64,000 nucleotides of DNA. It comes from the human T2T-CHM13v2.0 reference genome, Homo sapiens. Every line of letters starts with the position of its first letter. Positions within the stretch are counted from its first letter, which is position 1. The notes under the pieces are model-generated. The model saw only the letters and a list, made by a program, of their open reading frames with translations. It did no database searches and was not told the DNA's origin. The stretch is from NCBI RefSeq assembly GCF_009914755.1, contig NC_060933.1; one strand, given 5' to 3'. Shown here piece after piece: positions 19,256 to 34,700 of this stretch. The position numbers and the translations under genes are program-made.

Positions 19256-19462
19256 GTTGCCGGGTACAGTGGCTCATGCCTGTAATCCCAACACTTTGGG
19301 AGGCCAAGATGGGAGGATCACCTGAGGTCAGGAGTTCGAGACCAGCCTGACCGACATGGTGAAACCCCCTCCCTACTAAAGATACAAAATTAGCCAGGCA
19401 TGGTGGCACATGCCTGTAATCCCAGCTACTCGAGAGGCTGAGGCAGAAGAATTGCTTGACCC
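19256..19462 (+). mobile_element. Alu, 3'-truncated
   Basis: Ends abruptly at gcttgaccc. Confidence 0.9.
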
Positions 19463-19514
19463 TATTTTATTTTGATAGTGAATTTATCCATGTTTATTTT
19501 AATTATGAAATATG

Positions 19515-20116
<602 letters not shown>

Positions 20117-20217
20117 TTACCTTGAGATAATCACTGATCATAGGTTTGTGCATATTCTTTCAGATTTGTCTATGTGTTTGTACACATGTATCATAAAAAA
20201 TTCATTTAATGTTTGTA

Positions 20218-21179
<962 letters not shown>

Positions 21180-21346
21180 TATATGTGACAAATCAGTCCT
21201 GCAGTTTTGTAGCAAGCACTGTCCTCTCAGTATATCTTCCATATCACTAAGTATACTTCTTCATGATCATTGGCAATGGGCTAATAGTATTTTATTATAT
21301 GGATATAAGAATCATTTAGACAATCTGATTTATTTCCTGGAGCCAC

Positions 21347-21713
21347 TGTAGCAAACGGGTACTAAGCTCTGATTTTTTTTATCTTGCCCAAATTCCTATC
21401 TAAGGGGTCTGGGGAGTCATCTCCTACAAATCATAAATTCCCATCAGATGGATTTTATTTAACCCTATATATTGTGACTTACTTTCCAATCTGACTCTGG
21501 CATAACATTACAAGACAAGGAAGAAAATCAAAATATTTTACCCCAAAACATGTTTCTCTGCCATATCTTTAAATGGCCCTGCAAAGCCATCCTTTCTGGG
21601 GGAAAATCTAGATCTGTAAAGAGTCTCTTAACATAGCTAGATCTTTTTCTTCCAGGTCCTCCCAATCCTGAAGAGATTAACTAAAAGTCTAGCACCTTTT
21701 AAATAACTGAATA
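21347..21713 (+). mobile_element. MER4-family LTR (MER4E-like), truncated
   Basis: tcttgcccaaattcctatctaaggggtctggggagtc motif. Confidence 0.75.
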
Positions 21714-22169
<456 letters not shown>

Positions 22170-22642
22170 TCTTGCCTCCCTTTAATAGGGCTATAAGTGA
22201 CTTCATTTAGGGTCCACTCTGATAATCCAAAACCTGAGAATAAAACCTCAGGCACAGAGATAGTGTGCAAATTACATTCGCCTGCATCAAGCCTAAAGAC
22301 ACAGATTTCAGCAAGGAGGGAGCACTAGATAAGGGAAGTTTTCAGGGTTTCCTTATGGGAGATAGGTTCAAGGTGGTAGCAGCAATGGTTAGGAAGTCCA
22401 GGGAACAGTACCCCAAATCATAGGAAATGCCAGACCAAGGGCAGTTTCAACTTCTTGTTCCACCAGGAAACTGAAATTTTAACACAGTTAATTTATATGG
22501 CTGTAAATATTCCCTTAGGGGAGCTATGTCATTTAGTTATAATGTGTAGTTATGGGTTCATATTCTAGCTGTACCATCAGTGCCACATTTTAGAATCTGT
22601 CATATGTTATATAATCAAAATACTACAACTGGGTAATGATAA

Positions 22643-22948
<306 letters not shown>

Positions 22949-22969
22949 AAGTTTTCATCATTATATGCA

Positions 22970-23529
22970 AGTACCTGGGAAGAAAAAACTTTTTCTCTAC
23001 CGTCTTATTCTCAGTGTAAATTAAACTAACAAAAGACATTAATAGGAGAAAAAGACATACACGTTTAGGTGATGTTTTAATTTTATGTGCATGGGGGCTA
23101 CACAAAAAGAAGTAAAACCTCAAAGAGGTGGTTAAGCTCAGAGGCTTATGTACCATTTTAACAAGGGCAATAAATTGTGGAGAAGTGACTAGCAAAGAAA
23201 GGGTGGGGGTTGGGCCCCTAGGGGCAATAAATTGTCAAAAGGTAAATATGTGGTGAAACTAATGGAAGACAGGGTTATTTTAGGAAGGCTTCTTTGTGCA
23301 GATTCATCTCAATGTCAACTTTCCATCTTTTTCATGGACATAAAACGCCCCTGGGGAGAGAAGGGATTTATGGCAACCTAATTTCTCGGAAGTTTCTGCT
23401 TTTAGTCAGATAAGGGAAGCTACAACAAGGCTTTCTTTCTCTATCTGTTGATTCCCAATAACCTTCGACTCAAAACAATCCATATGTCAAACTGGCATGT
23501 TTTAAGGTGGCATACTCTGGCCCCCTTCA
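22970..23529 (-). mobile_element. MER34-family LTR
   Basis: Minus strand begins tgaagggggccagagtatgccacc. Confidence 0.7.
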
Positions 23530-23896
23530 TGAGCATGTATTTCTTGCATACAAGGCCTGAAGTTTGGGGGCCAGAGTGCAGCAGGCCAGGCCAACACCAG
23601 ATACGCTCCTGGCATTTCAGGGGCTGTGGCTACAAAAGCTAAGGCCCTGGGGTGGTAGTGAGATGGAGCCGGGACCTCTCTTAGGGGCTTGCTGGGTCCC
23701 ACAAGCATGGAAATGAAGAAAAATTTTGAGTTCTTCCAAGGAAATTCTAGTCACCTAGCTAACCCTGCAACCAGCAATCAGAGAAGTAAATGAACAGCAT
23801 TTGAAGCAAGAAGACAATAATAGCTTAAACAATAACCACCCAGTAAGTCAGAGTCACAAAGTGTTTGGCTCTCTGTAGAAACTAAAAGATTAAATC

Positions 23897-24213
23897 TTTT
23901 TTTTTGAGATGGAGTCTCTCTCTGTTGCCCAGGCTGGGGTGCAGTGCCACAATCTCAGCTCACTGCAACCTCTGCCTCCTGTGTTTGAGCAATTCTCCTG
24001 CCTCCTGTGTTCGAGTGATTCTCCTGCCTCAGCCTCCCGAGTAGCTAGAACTACAGGCATGCACCACCATGCCCAGCTAATTTTTCTATTTTTAGTAAAG
24101 ACAAGGTTTCACGACGTTGGCCAGACTGGTCTTGAACTCCTGACCTCAGGTCATCCACCCACCTCAGCCTCCCAAAGTGCTGGAATTACAGATGTGAGCC
24201 ACCACACCCAGCC
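23897..24213 (-). mobile_element. Alu (AluS)
   Basis: Antisense Alu with short internal duplication. Confidence 0.92.
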
Positions 24214-24650
24214 AAAAGATAACATCTTAAGTTGTTTTTCAGAAGCAAGGACCCCCACCAGATGGAAAATGCCAACTGCTGTCACGTAGACTTCAGGTAA
24301 GGGGAAACTGAGGGCTGAACTCTGACTATTGTTCTTTGTTTAAAATTTTATGATGGAGCCTGGAGACAGTCATGCCTGCAGACCATCAATCTTGTTAACT
24401 GGTCACTCTGACACAGTATGCTATGGCTTGCTCTCATAAACTGACTATGGCATAGCAACGCACAATGATTCCTTATCCTAACAAACATGTTAAAGCCAAA
24501 CCTTTACACTCCTTTCCTGCTGGCCTAAAGATTTTAGACAAAGCCTTGCTCCCTTAACCAACTGCAAATCAAAGAATTTCTGAATCCTCCTATGACCTGT
24601 AAGCCCCTGCTTCAAGATATCCTGCATTTATTGATTTACGATTTTGCCTG

Positions 24651-25053
24651 TGTTAAATCAAGTTTAGCCTAAAGCTGCCTCCTTACATATTTAAGCTCAG
24701 CCTAAAATTTTTCTGTACATTGTGAACTATACAAGTGGAGGTATAAACCAACCATAGCCCACACCTGTGCCAATCACTGAGTTTTGGTCAATCAGATGTA
24801 GCCAACTATTCAAACCATGTTCAAATAAGGCAAATGCTGAGCTGTAACCAATCCAGTTGTTTCTGTACCTCACTTTCGTTTTCTGTACCTCACTTTCCTT
24901 TTGCTGTCCATAAATCTTCCACCATGTGTCTGCGTTGGAGTCTCTCTGAATCTGCTGTGATTCTGGGGGATGGGTGGCTGCCGGCTTCACAAATTGTTCA
25001 CTGATCAATTAAACTCCTTTAAGTTTAATTCAGCTGAGATTTTTCTTTTAGCC
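24651..25053 (+). mobile_element. MER57-family LTR
   Basis: tgttaaatcaagtttagcctaaagctgcc start; TSD cctg. Confidence 0.8.
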
Positions 25054-25183
25054 CCTGTAACTCCCACTTTCATGAAATGTACCCCTGCTGTAACCGCCCG
25101 AGGGGTTCACCTTGCCCGCTGCCTAGACAGAGCCAATTCATCAAGACAGGGAAATTGCAATAGACAAACAATAATTCACGTAG

Positions 25184-25560
<377 letters not shown>

Positions 25561-25968
25561 GGGGAGCAGAGTTTTTAAGGTTTACTTGGTGGGTCAGGGG
25601 GAGACCAGTGAGCCAGAAGAGCTGACTGGTCAGGGATGTCAAAGCTGCCTTCTTGTGCTGAGTCAGTTCTTGGGTTGGGGGGGGGCCACAAGATCAGATG
25701 AGCCAGTTTATTGATCTGGGTGGAGCCAGCTGATCCATCAAGTGCAAGGTCTGCAAAATATCTCAAGCTCTGATCTTAGGAGCAGTTTAAGGAAGGTCGG
25801 AGTCTTGTAGCCTCCAGCTGCATGACTCCTAAACCATAATTTCTAATCTTATGGCTAATGTTAGTTTAGTCCCCAGGCAAGAAGGAGGTCTGCTTTGGGA
25901 AAGGGCTGTTACCGTCTTTGTTTAAACTATAAACTACAAACTAAGTTTCTCCCTAAGTTAGTTCAGCC

Positions 25969-26841
<873 letters not shown>

Positions 26842-27221
26842 AGCCTATGCCCAGGAATGAACAAGGACAGCTTGGAGATTAGAAGCAAGATGGATTTGGT
26901 TAAGTTGGATCTCTTTCACTGTCTCAGTTGTAGTTTTGCAAAGGCATTTTCACTGCCTTTATAAACCCTTGCTTGTAAGCCATAGGGGAGGTCGGATCTC
27001 AAGCATTACCTGCCTGTTCTCCTTGCTTGGTGCTCTGCAATAAACTCATTTCTTTCTTTCACTGCAAACCTCAGTATCAGTGTTTGGCTTTGCTGTGCTG
27101 GATGAGCAGACACAGGTTCAGTTCAGTAACAGGAGGAATGGAATCTAGAAATGGAACAGACACTAAGGGATTGACCAGGAGACCAGAGCTGGGACTGTGG
27201 GAGCTGCTGAAGAACAGAAGG

Positions 27222-27327
27222 GGCCGGGCATGGTGACTCACTTCTGTAGTCCTAGCACTTTGGGAGTCCAAGGTGGGTGGATCATGAGGTCAGGAGTTCA
27301 AGACCAGCCTGGCCAAGATGGTGAAAC
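27222..27327 (+). mobile_element. Alu 5' half (AluSg-like) interrupted by LTR7
   Basis: Stops at ggtgaaac directly before the LTR7 TG; 3' half absent. Confidence 0.9.
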
Positions 27328-27745
27328 TGTCAGGCCTCTGAGCCCAAGCCTGCATGTATACATCCAGATGGCCTGAAGCAACTGAAGAACCACAAAAGAA
27401 GTGAAAATAGCCAGTTCCTGCCTTAAGTGATAACATTCCACCATTGTGATTTGTTCCTGCCCCACCCTAACTGATCAATTGACCTTGTGAAATTCCTTCT
27501 CCTGGGCAATGAGTATCAGAAGCTTCTCACTGAGCACCTTGTAACCACTGCCCCTGCCTGCAAGAGAAAAACCTCCTTTGACTGTAATTTTCCACTACCC
27601 ATCCAAATCCTATAAAACTGCCCCACCCCATCTCCTTTTGCTGACTCCTTTTTCGGACTCAGCCCACCTGCACCTAGGTGATTAAAAAGCTTTATTGTTC
27701 ACACAAAGCCTGTTTGGTGGTCTCTTCACACAGACGTGCGTAACA
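27328..27745 (+). mobile_element. HERV-H 5' LTR (LTR7, old LTR7C/D-like type)
   Basis: tgtcaggcctctgagcccaagc start, TATAAAA 27611, ATTAAA 27681, ends gtaaca. Confidence 0.92.
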
Positions 27746-27747
27746 TT

Positions 27748-27766
27748 TGGTGCCAAAGACCCAGGA
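27748..27766 (+). promoter_or_regulatory. HERV-H primer binding site, tRNA-Phe-like
   Basis: TGGTGCCAAAGACCCAGGA compared with Phe PBS TGGTGCCGAAACCCGGGA. Confidence 0.7.
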
Positions 27767-28255
27767 CAGGGGGACTCCTTTGGGAGACTGGTCCCCTGTC
27801 CTCACCCTCACTCCATGAGGAGATCCACCTACAACCTCGGGTCCTCAGACCAACCAGCCCAAGGAATATCTCACCAATTTCAAATTGGGTAAGTGGTCTT
27901 TTCACTCTCTTCTTCAGCCTCTCTCACTACCGTTCAATCTCCCTATCCTTCCAATTCCAGTTCTTTTTCCTCTCTAGTAGAGACAAAGGAGACACATTTT
28001 ATCCATGGACCCAAAACTCCGGCACCGGTCACAGACTCAGGAAGACAGTCTTCCCTTGGTGTTTAATCACTGTGGAGATGCCTGCCTGATTATTCACCCA
28101 CATTCCATTGGTGTCTGATCACCGTGGGGATGCCTGCCTTGGTCATTCACCCACATTCCCTTGGTGGCAAGTCAACTGTGGGGATGCCTGCTTTGGCTGC
28201 TCACCACCCCCTTCTCCAGGTCTCTACCTTTCTCTTTAAACTTACCTCCTTCACT

Positions 28256-28659
28256 ATGGGCAACCTTCCACCCTCCATTCCCCCTTCTTCTCCTTTAGCC
28301 TGTGTTCTCAAGAACTTACAACCTCTTCAACTCACACCTGACTTAAAACCTAAATGCTTTATTTTCTTCTGCAATACTGCTTGGCCCCAATACAAACTCA
28401 ACAATGGTTCCAAATGGCCAGAAAATGGCACTTTTGATTTCTCCATCTTACGAGACCTGGATAATTTTTGTCGAAAAATGGGCAAATGGTCTGAGGTTCC
28501 TGATGTCCAGGCATTCTTTTGCACATAGTCCCTCCCTAGTCTCTGCTCCCAATGCGAATTGCCCCAAATCTTTCTTCTTTCTCTCCTGTCTGTTGCTTCA
28601 GTCTCCACTCCAAGCTCTGAGTCCTTTGAATCCTTCTTTTCTGTGGACCCGTCTGACCT
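28256..28659 (+). pseudogene. gag: HERV-H gag matrix fragment, truncated by ERV9 insertion
   Basis: MGNLPPSIPPSSPLACVLKNL...AWPQYKL...WPENGTFDF...GKWSEVP; stop at 28528. Confidence 0.88.
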
Positions 28660-29676
28660 TGTGTCTGGAATTGGTTCCTTCCGGTGAGTTCTTGGTCTTG
28701 CTGACTTCAAGAATGAAGCCGTGGACCCTCGTGGTGAGTGTTACAGTTCTTAAAGATGGTGTATCTGGAGTTTTTTCCTTCAGATGTTCAGATGTGTCCA
28801 CGGTTTCTTCCTTCCAGTAGGTTCGTGGTCTTGCTGACTTCAGGAGTGAAGCCGCAGACCTTTGCAGTGAGTGTTACAGCTCTTAAAGGTGGCGTGTCCA
28901 GAGTTGTTTGTTCCTCTTGGTGAGTTTGAGGTCTTACTGGATTCAGGAAGGAAGCTGCAGACCTTTGCAGTGAATGTTACAGCTCATAAAGGTAATGCAG
29001 ACCCAAAGAGTGAGCAGCAGCAAGATTTATTGCGAAGAGCGAAAGAACAAAGCTTCCACAGCATGGAAGGGGACTCGAGTGGGTTGCCGCTGCTGGCTTG
29101 AGTGGCCAGCTTTTATTCCCTTATTTGGCCCCACCCACATCCTGCTGATTGGTCCATTTTACAGGGCACTGTTTGGTCCATTTTAAAGAGTGCTGATTGG
29201 TCCATTTTTACAGAGTGCTGATTGGTGCATTTACAAACCTTTAGCTAGACACAGAGTGGTGATTAGTGCTTTTTTACAGAGTGCTGATTGGTGTGTTTAC
29301 AAACCTTTAGCTAGACACAGAACGCTGATTGGTGCATTTACAATCATTTAGCTAGACAGAAAAGTTCTCCAGGTCCCCACTAGATTAGCTAGACACAGAG
29401 TGCTGATTGGTGCATTTTTACAGAGTGCTGATTGGTGTGTTTACAAACCTTTAGCTAGACACAGAGCGCTGATTGGTGCATTTACAATCCTTTAGCTAGA
29501 CAGAAAAGTTCTCCATGTCCCCACCTGATTAGCTAGACACAGAGTGCTGATTGGTGTGTTTACAAACCTTTAGCTAGACACAGAGCACTGATTGGTGCAT
29601 TTACAATCCTTTAGCTAGACAGAAAAGTTCTCCAAGTCCCCACCTGACCCAGAAGCCCAGCCGGCTTCACCTCTCA
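28660..29676 (-). promoter_or_regulatory. ERV9 3' LTR (LTR12)
   Basis: tgagaggtgaagccgg...aattccagacaca; about 10 CCAAT boxes in U3 repeats; AATAAA TATA-equivalent 29112-29117; polyA AATAAA 29026-29031; U5 repeats. Confidence 0.93.
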
Positions 29677-29690
29677 ATCCCCCCTCTAAA
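29677..29690 (-). other. Polypurine tract
   Basis: tttagaggggggat immediately before the 3' LTR TG. Confidence 0.85.
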
Positions 29691-29732
29691 CAGGACACCC
29701 CAACTGCTGTTGGGAATTGGGCAATGACTGCT

Positions 29733-31551
29733 CTAGCTACTTCCTGCTGGATAGGGGTGAAGAAGTGGCCCTGCAGTTGTAGTGTCCTCCAGAGGGGAAC
29801 TCTTTAGGCCAGTGAAAGGGCCAGTGGGTCAGTCCAGGGGTCCTTGGTAGAAGTTGTTAGTTGAGCTCATTTGAGGTTCCATTTGTAAGACCATCTGCAG
29901 CTTGATGGCCTCAATTCTAGAGGAAACAAATTTGACAAGGAGGTTAAAAATACAGGGCCTGAAGGCAAGTAATAGCAAGATGGCTGCCATGGGACCTAGA
30001 AAGGGGAGAAGCCATGTTGCCCAACTCCAGAGGTTGGTATAAGAGTTTGAAAGGCATTGTCTGATTTCAGAAGCCTTTTCTTGTAAACGCCAGGTGGCAT
30101 CTCGTACTATCCCTGACTGGTTAGTGTAAAAACAACACTCTTCCCCTAAGAAGGTGCAGAGTCCTCCTTTCTCAGCAGTGAGGAGGTCTAGGCCTCGGCA
30201 GTTTTGGAGTCACTGCTGCCAAAGAGTCTATTTGGGATTGTAGAGTAAGGATAGATTTCGTTATTTCTTGAAAACTATCTGAGAAATCCTTTGAGAGTGT
30301 GTGGTAGTAGGATAATGAAGTAGATAAACTGGCTATTCCAGTTCCTGTAGCAGTAGCCATTCCTAACCCTATAAGTAGGGGTATTAATTGTATGGCTCTG
30401 CACTGACGGACTTGAGCTTTGAGGGGTACTGATAGGGTCCGATTTCCTGGGGCAATGTTAATGTTGGGACTTAGGAAGACTAAGGTGCAGGTGCCTGTCC
30501 AGTTAGAGGGGAGGCAGATATAGGTCGACGTTCCCAATAAGAAGAATATACCTTGGCTGGGTAGACAGAACTTGTTGTGTATGTTAAAAAGTTGTGTGAG
30601 TTTGTTGTTTTCATTTTTCCATACTCCTAGAGTACTTGCCAAGGTAGTGCTGGTGAGTGGCTGGAAAGGGGTGTTGGGAGCAAACTGAGTTGCTCCCGGT
30701 GTTCTATTTCCCCATTGGAGAAAAAACCATTTTGTATCTACTAGGAACCATTTGAGAGAGTAATTGAAAGAGAGGATGAGAAGGCATTCACTAGTGGTGG
30801 GGGCGCTGCTGCAGGGGGTCCAGGGGTGAATGGTCATGCAGGGAGTATGTTTGCCACTATAAAACCTGGACTGTTTGTTAAGCAGGGGGGAGGTGATGAT
30901 TTTTGGGAGCCCTGAGAAGCGGACAAGCCATCTGAATGGAGCTGTTTGGGTGACTTGGAAGTTACTATGATCAGTTGGGGCTTGAAGTTGTGGGGTGTAA
31001 TTACACTGATGGGGTAGTAGGTGCCCCAGGGGCAGGCCTGATAACAGGTTGCATTGGATGCATAAAAGGGCTTGGAAAGTTAAGATAGTATTCATAGTTA
31101 CAGGGCCGTGTATGGGCTTTTCATTGCTTGTGTAATAAGTGAGGTTGGAAATGTAAGAAAGCAAAAGTTGGATTGCACATCCTGTTAGGGTATTCTTGGT
31201 CCTATCAGAGATGGGGAAGTCAGCTAATGATTGCATATTTAGAAGTCAGAAATGGTCTTTTCCTTCATAATGAGGGTGGTAGATTAAGTTGGTAAAGACC
31301 CAGTTTTTTGCGGGAATGGGAATGGCAATGTAAGCGGAGGTTGATAGAAAGATACAAAGCCAGCAGTCATTTTCCAGGGAAGGATTGGACTGGTTTAACA
31401 GAGAGTGGGTTAAGTTGAGAGTCTTGTAGAGGTAATTAGGAGCTAGTGGAAGGGGAGGGGTGATTGCATGAGGTATCCAAGGAAGCAGAAGGGAAAGATA
31501 GGCAAAGCATAAATAGGAAGGTCAAGAGGGTGCTCTGGAAGACGAGATCAT
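29733..31551 (-). pseudogene. env: Full-length but disabled env (~606 codons)
   Basis: Signal-like N-terminus, CWLC (31354-31365), RQCR furin site, fusion peptide, ISD QNCRGLDLLTAEKGGLC, CX6CC, TM anchor. Two in-frame stops in SU, 2-bp frameshift near 30208, one stop in the tail. Confidence 0.92.
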
Positions 31552-31572
31552 TTTATCCAGGCTGAGTTAAAG

Positions 31573-31728
31573 CTAGGAGTAAATTGCTGTCAGAAGGAAG
31601 GAAGATAGAGAGAAGGTTGATGTGATTAAGATTTTCATCCCAGCAGGAGCTACAGTATATAGCCCTATTGCAAAGAGTATGGTTAGTATGCTGCTTAATA
31701 ATATGATGAAATAATAAAAGGATTCCAT
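31573..31728 (-). CDS. Putative 51-aa double-hydrophobic micro-ORF between pol and env
   Basis: Hand translation MESFYYFIILLSSILTILFAIGLYTVAPAGMKILITSTFSLSSFLLTAIYS*; no expression evidence. Confidence 0.3.
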   Translation of the reverse strand: MESFYYFIILLSSILTILFAIGLYTVAPAGMKILITSTFSLSSFLLTAIYS

Positions 31729-31786
31729 TAAAGGGGTAAGGAGAGGTGTTAAAGATAAAGATTATGTAGGTCTTCATTTATCTTTT

Positions 31787-34700
31787 TAAGGAGGAAGGGG
31801 TTTTTCTTCAGGATCAATGGTAGGAGCCTTTTAAGTCTGGGTTATTTCCTTCCAAAATAGGAGATGCAATCCTCCAATGGTTCAAAGGTGTATGGAGGCT
31901 TGTCTGGCTGATCTTGGGACTCCTGAGCTGATGGTCCTGCAGGTTCCTCAGGGGATGTCCAGAACTTAACTCGGGTGTGATGAATCCAAGATTCCACTCC
32001 TGCCACCTTAACTGCAGTGGGGGTAGAGAGGATTACCGAGTATGATCCTTTCCACAAAGAGTCCGTAGGTGGGGAGGTAGAGGGGAGAGATTTGACTAAC
32101 ACTAGATCTCCTGATTGAAACAACTCTGTTCCCTTTTCTCTGTGACATCCTTCAGGTAGTTTTTTAAGGTTTTGTTGATATTTTGCCAAAGAAGTTATAT
32201 CTTTGACCAAGTTGGCTGTTTCCTGATCAAGTATGAGGTCATTTGTGAGCAAATGTCATCCATACAGCATTTCATATGGACTGAATCCCATTTTGTGAGG
32301 AGAATTTTGGATTCTCAAGAAGGCCATGGGCAAAAGAGTAGGCCATGGGAGATGAGTTTCTTGTGTTCATTTCCTTAAGTGCCTCTTGAGTGTTTCATTT
32401 GCCTGCTCGACCTTCCCTGAGGATTGTGGCCTCAGGGTGCAGTGAAGGTGATATTGTATCCCTAACACCCTGGAAATTCCCTGAGTTTTCGTGGCTTTAA
32501 AAGCCGGACCATTGTCACTCTGTAAGCTTTGGGGAAGCCCAGATCTAGGAATTATTTCATGAATTAGGACTTTAATCGCTTCCTGAGCCTTCTCTGTCTT
32601 GCAGGGGAAAGCTTCTATCCAATTTGTAAAGGTATCAATACAGACCACCAAGTATTGAAATCCCTTTGACTTAGGCAGATGGGTGAAGTCTAACTGCCAG
32701 TCCTCTCCAGGATAGTGATCTATTCTTTGTTCCCCCAAAGGAGCCTTATGATGGACCAAGGGATTATTCCTTTGGCACACCTCACAGGCTTTGACTACCT
32801 GTCGGATGGTCCAGAGGAGATTTGGCCCTGTAAATAGGGATTTGGCCATTTGAAGAGTGTTTTCAATACCCATATGAAAAGTTTGGTGGAGGGTTTTAAG
32901 TATTTTCCACTGGTTGGCTTCAGGCATAAGTACCTTTCCTTCTTCTGTTGTTAACCACCCGGAGGGGAGAAAACTATACCCCCGTGAAAGTCCCCATTCT
33001 GTTTCAGTTGGGGAATACTTGGAGGGGGTTGTTCCTATCAAAGGTCCTTCCATAGCTATTTCTAATGGGAGGTTCTGCCTGGCAGCAATTTTGGCCTCAG
33101 CATCTGCCCAACAGTTTCCTTCTGCCTTTTCTCCTTCACCTTTCTGATGACTTCGGCAGTGTAAGACTGCCACCTCCTTGGGTTTATGCACTGCATGCAA
33201 TAACTCCATAATTTCCTTGTGGTATTTAATGGGGGCTCCCCCAGAGGTTAGGAACTCCCTTTCTTTCCATATTGCACCATGGGCATGTAGGATCAGATAA
33301 GCATACTTGCTATCTGTATACACATTTATTCTTTTTCCTTTTCCTAGTTCTAAGGCTTGGGTAAGTGCTGCTAGTTCTGCTAAGTGGGCGCTGGTCCCTG
33401 GGGGAAGAGGCTTACTTTCAAGTATGGTTACATCACTAACTATGGTGTAACCTGCCCTTCGTATCCCATTCTCCGCATATTAACTTCCATTGGTATATAG
33501 GTTAAGGTCAGAATTAGCTAAGGGGACTTCTAAGAGATCATCTTGGGTGGCATAACTCTGGACTATAATTTGTTGGCAGTCATGCTCAACTGGTTCCCCA
33601 TCTTCTGGGATAAAAGTGGCAGGATTGAGGGCCATGCACATAAGCATTTGAAGCACCAGTCCCTCAAGGAGTAGCGCCTGGTATCTAAGTAGGTGGTTAT
33701 CTGATAGCCATAAACTTCCTTTGGCACCTAGTATGCCATTTACATCATGAGTAGTCCAGACAGTGAGATCCTTTCCTTGTATTATTTTGATACCCTCTGA
33801 CACTAAGATGGCCACTGCTGCAACTACCCTTAAACAGTGAGGCCAGACTTTCACTACTACATCAATTTCCTTACTTAGGTATGCCACTGGTTGTGGGGTT
33901 GTCCCACGAGTCTGAGTAAGGACTCCAAGAGCTATCCCTGCTCTCTCTGTGATGTATAAACAGAAGTTTTGTCCTGTGGGAAGGCTTAAAGCTGGAGCTT
34001 GTACTAGGGCCTGCTTTAAGGTTTTGAAGGCTGTTACTGCCCCTGGCTCCCATTCTACTAGATGAGTATTTGCCCTCTGGGTCTCCTTGATTATAGAGGG
34101 GCCTGGCTATCTTGCTGTATCCGGGGATCCCATAGTTGGCAAAAGCCAGTGATTCCAAGGAACCCCCACAAATGTTTTAATGTCTTAGGGTGAGGATAAG
34201 CCAGTATAGGCTGTATTCATTCCTTGCTGTGGGCTCTGGTCCCTCTAGCTAAGATTAGGCCTAGATATTTGACCCGTTGTAGGCAAAGCTGAGCCTTCGA
34301 CCTAGATGCCTTTTACCCTTGATTAGCTAGAAAGTCCAAGAGATCTAGAGTAGCCTGCTGGCATGACACTTCTGAACTGGTAGCCAAAAGCAAATCATCC
34401 ACATACTGAAGGACCAGAATGCCTGGATTTGAGAAGTGGCCTAGATCTTGGGCCAGTGCCTGACCAAACAGGTGAGGGCTATCCCTAAACCCTTGGGCAA
34501 GACCATCCACGTAAGTTGGGATGTGTGGTCTGTGGGATCCTCAAAGGCAAAGAGAAACTGGGAGTCAGAGTGCAGGGGAATATGGAAGAAAGCATCCTTG
34601 AGGTCCAGAACAGTGAACCATTCTGCTTCCTCTGGTATTTGAGAGAGCAGTGTATAGGGGATGGGTACAACTGGATATAGAGGAATTACTGCCTCATTGG

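Noticed and set aside
30172-31236. 354-aa env ORF as a domesticated syncytin/suppressyn-like gene
   Set aside because: It starts at an internal Met after two stops, lacks the signal peptide and CWLC motif, and frameshifts at the ISD, as expected from neutral decay.
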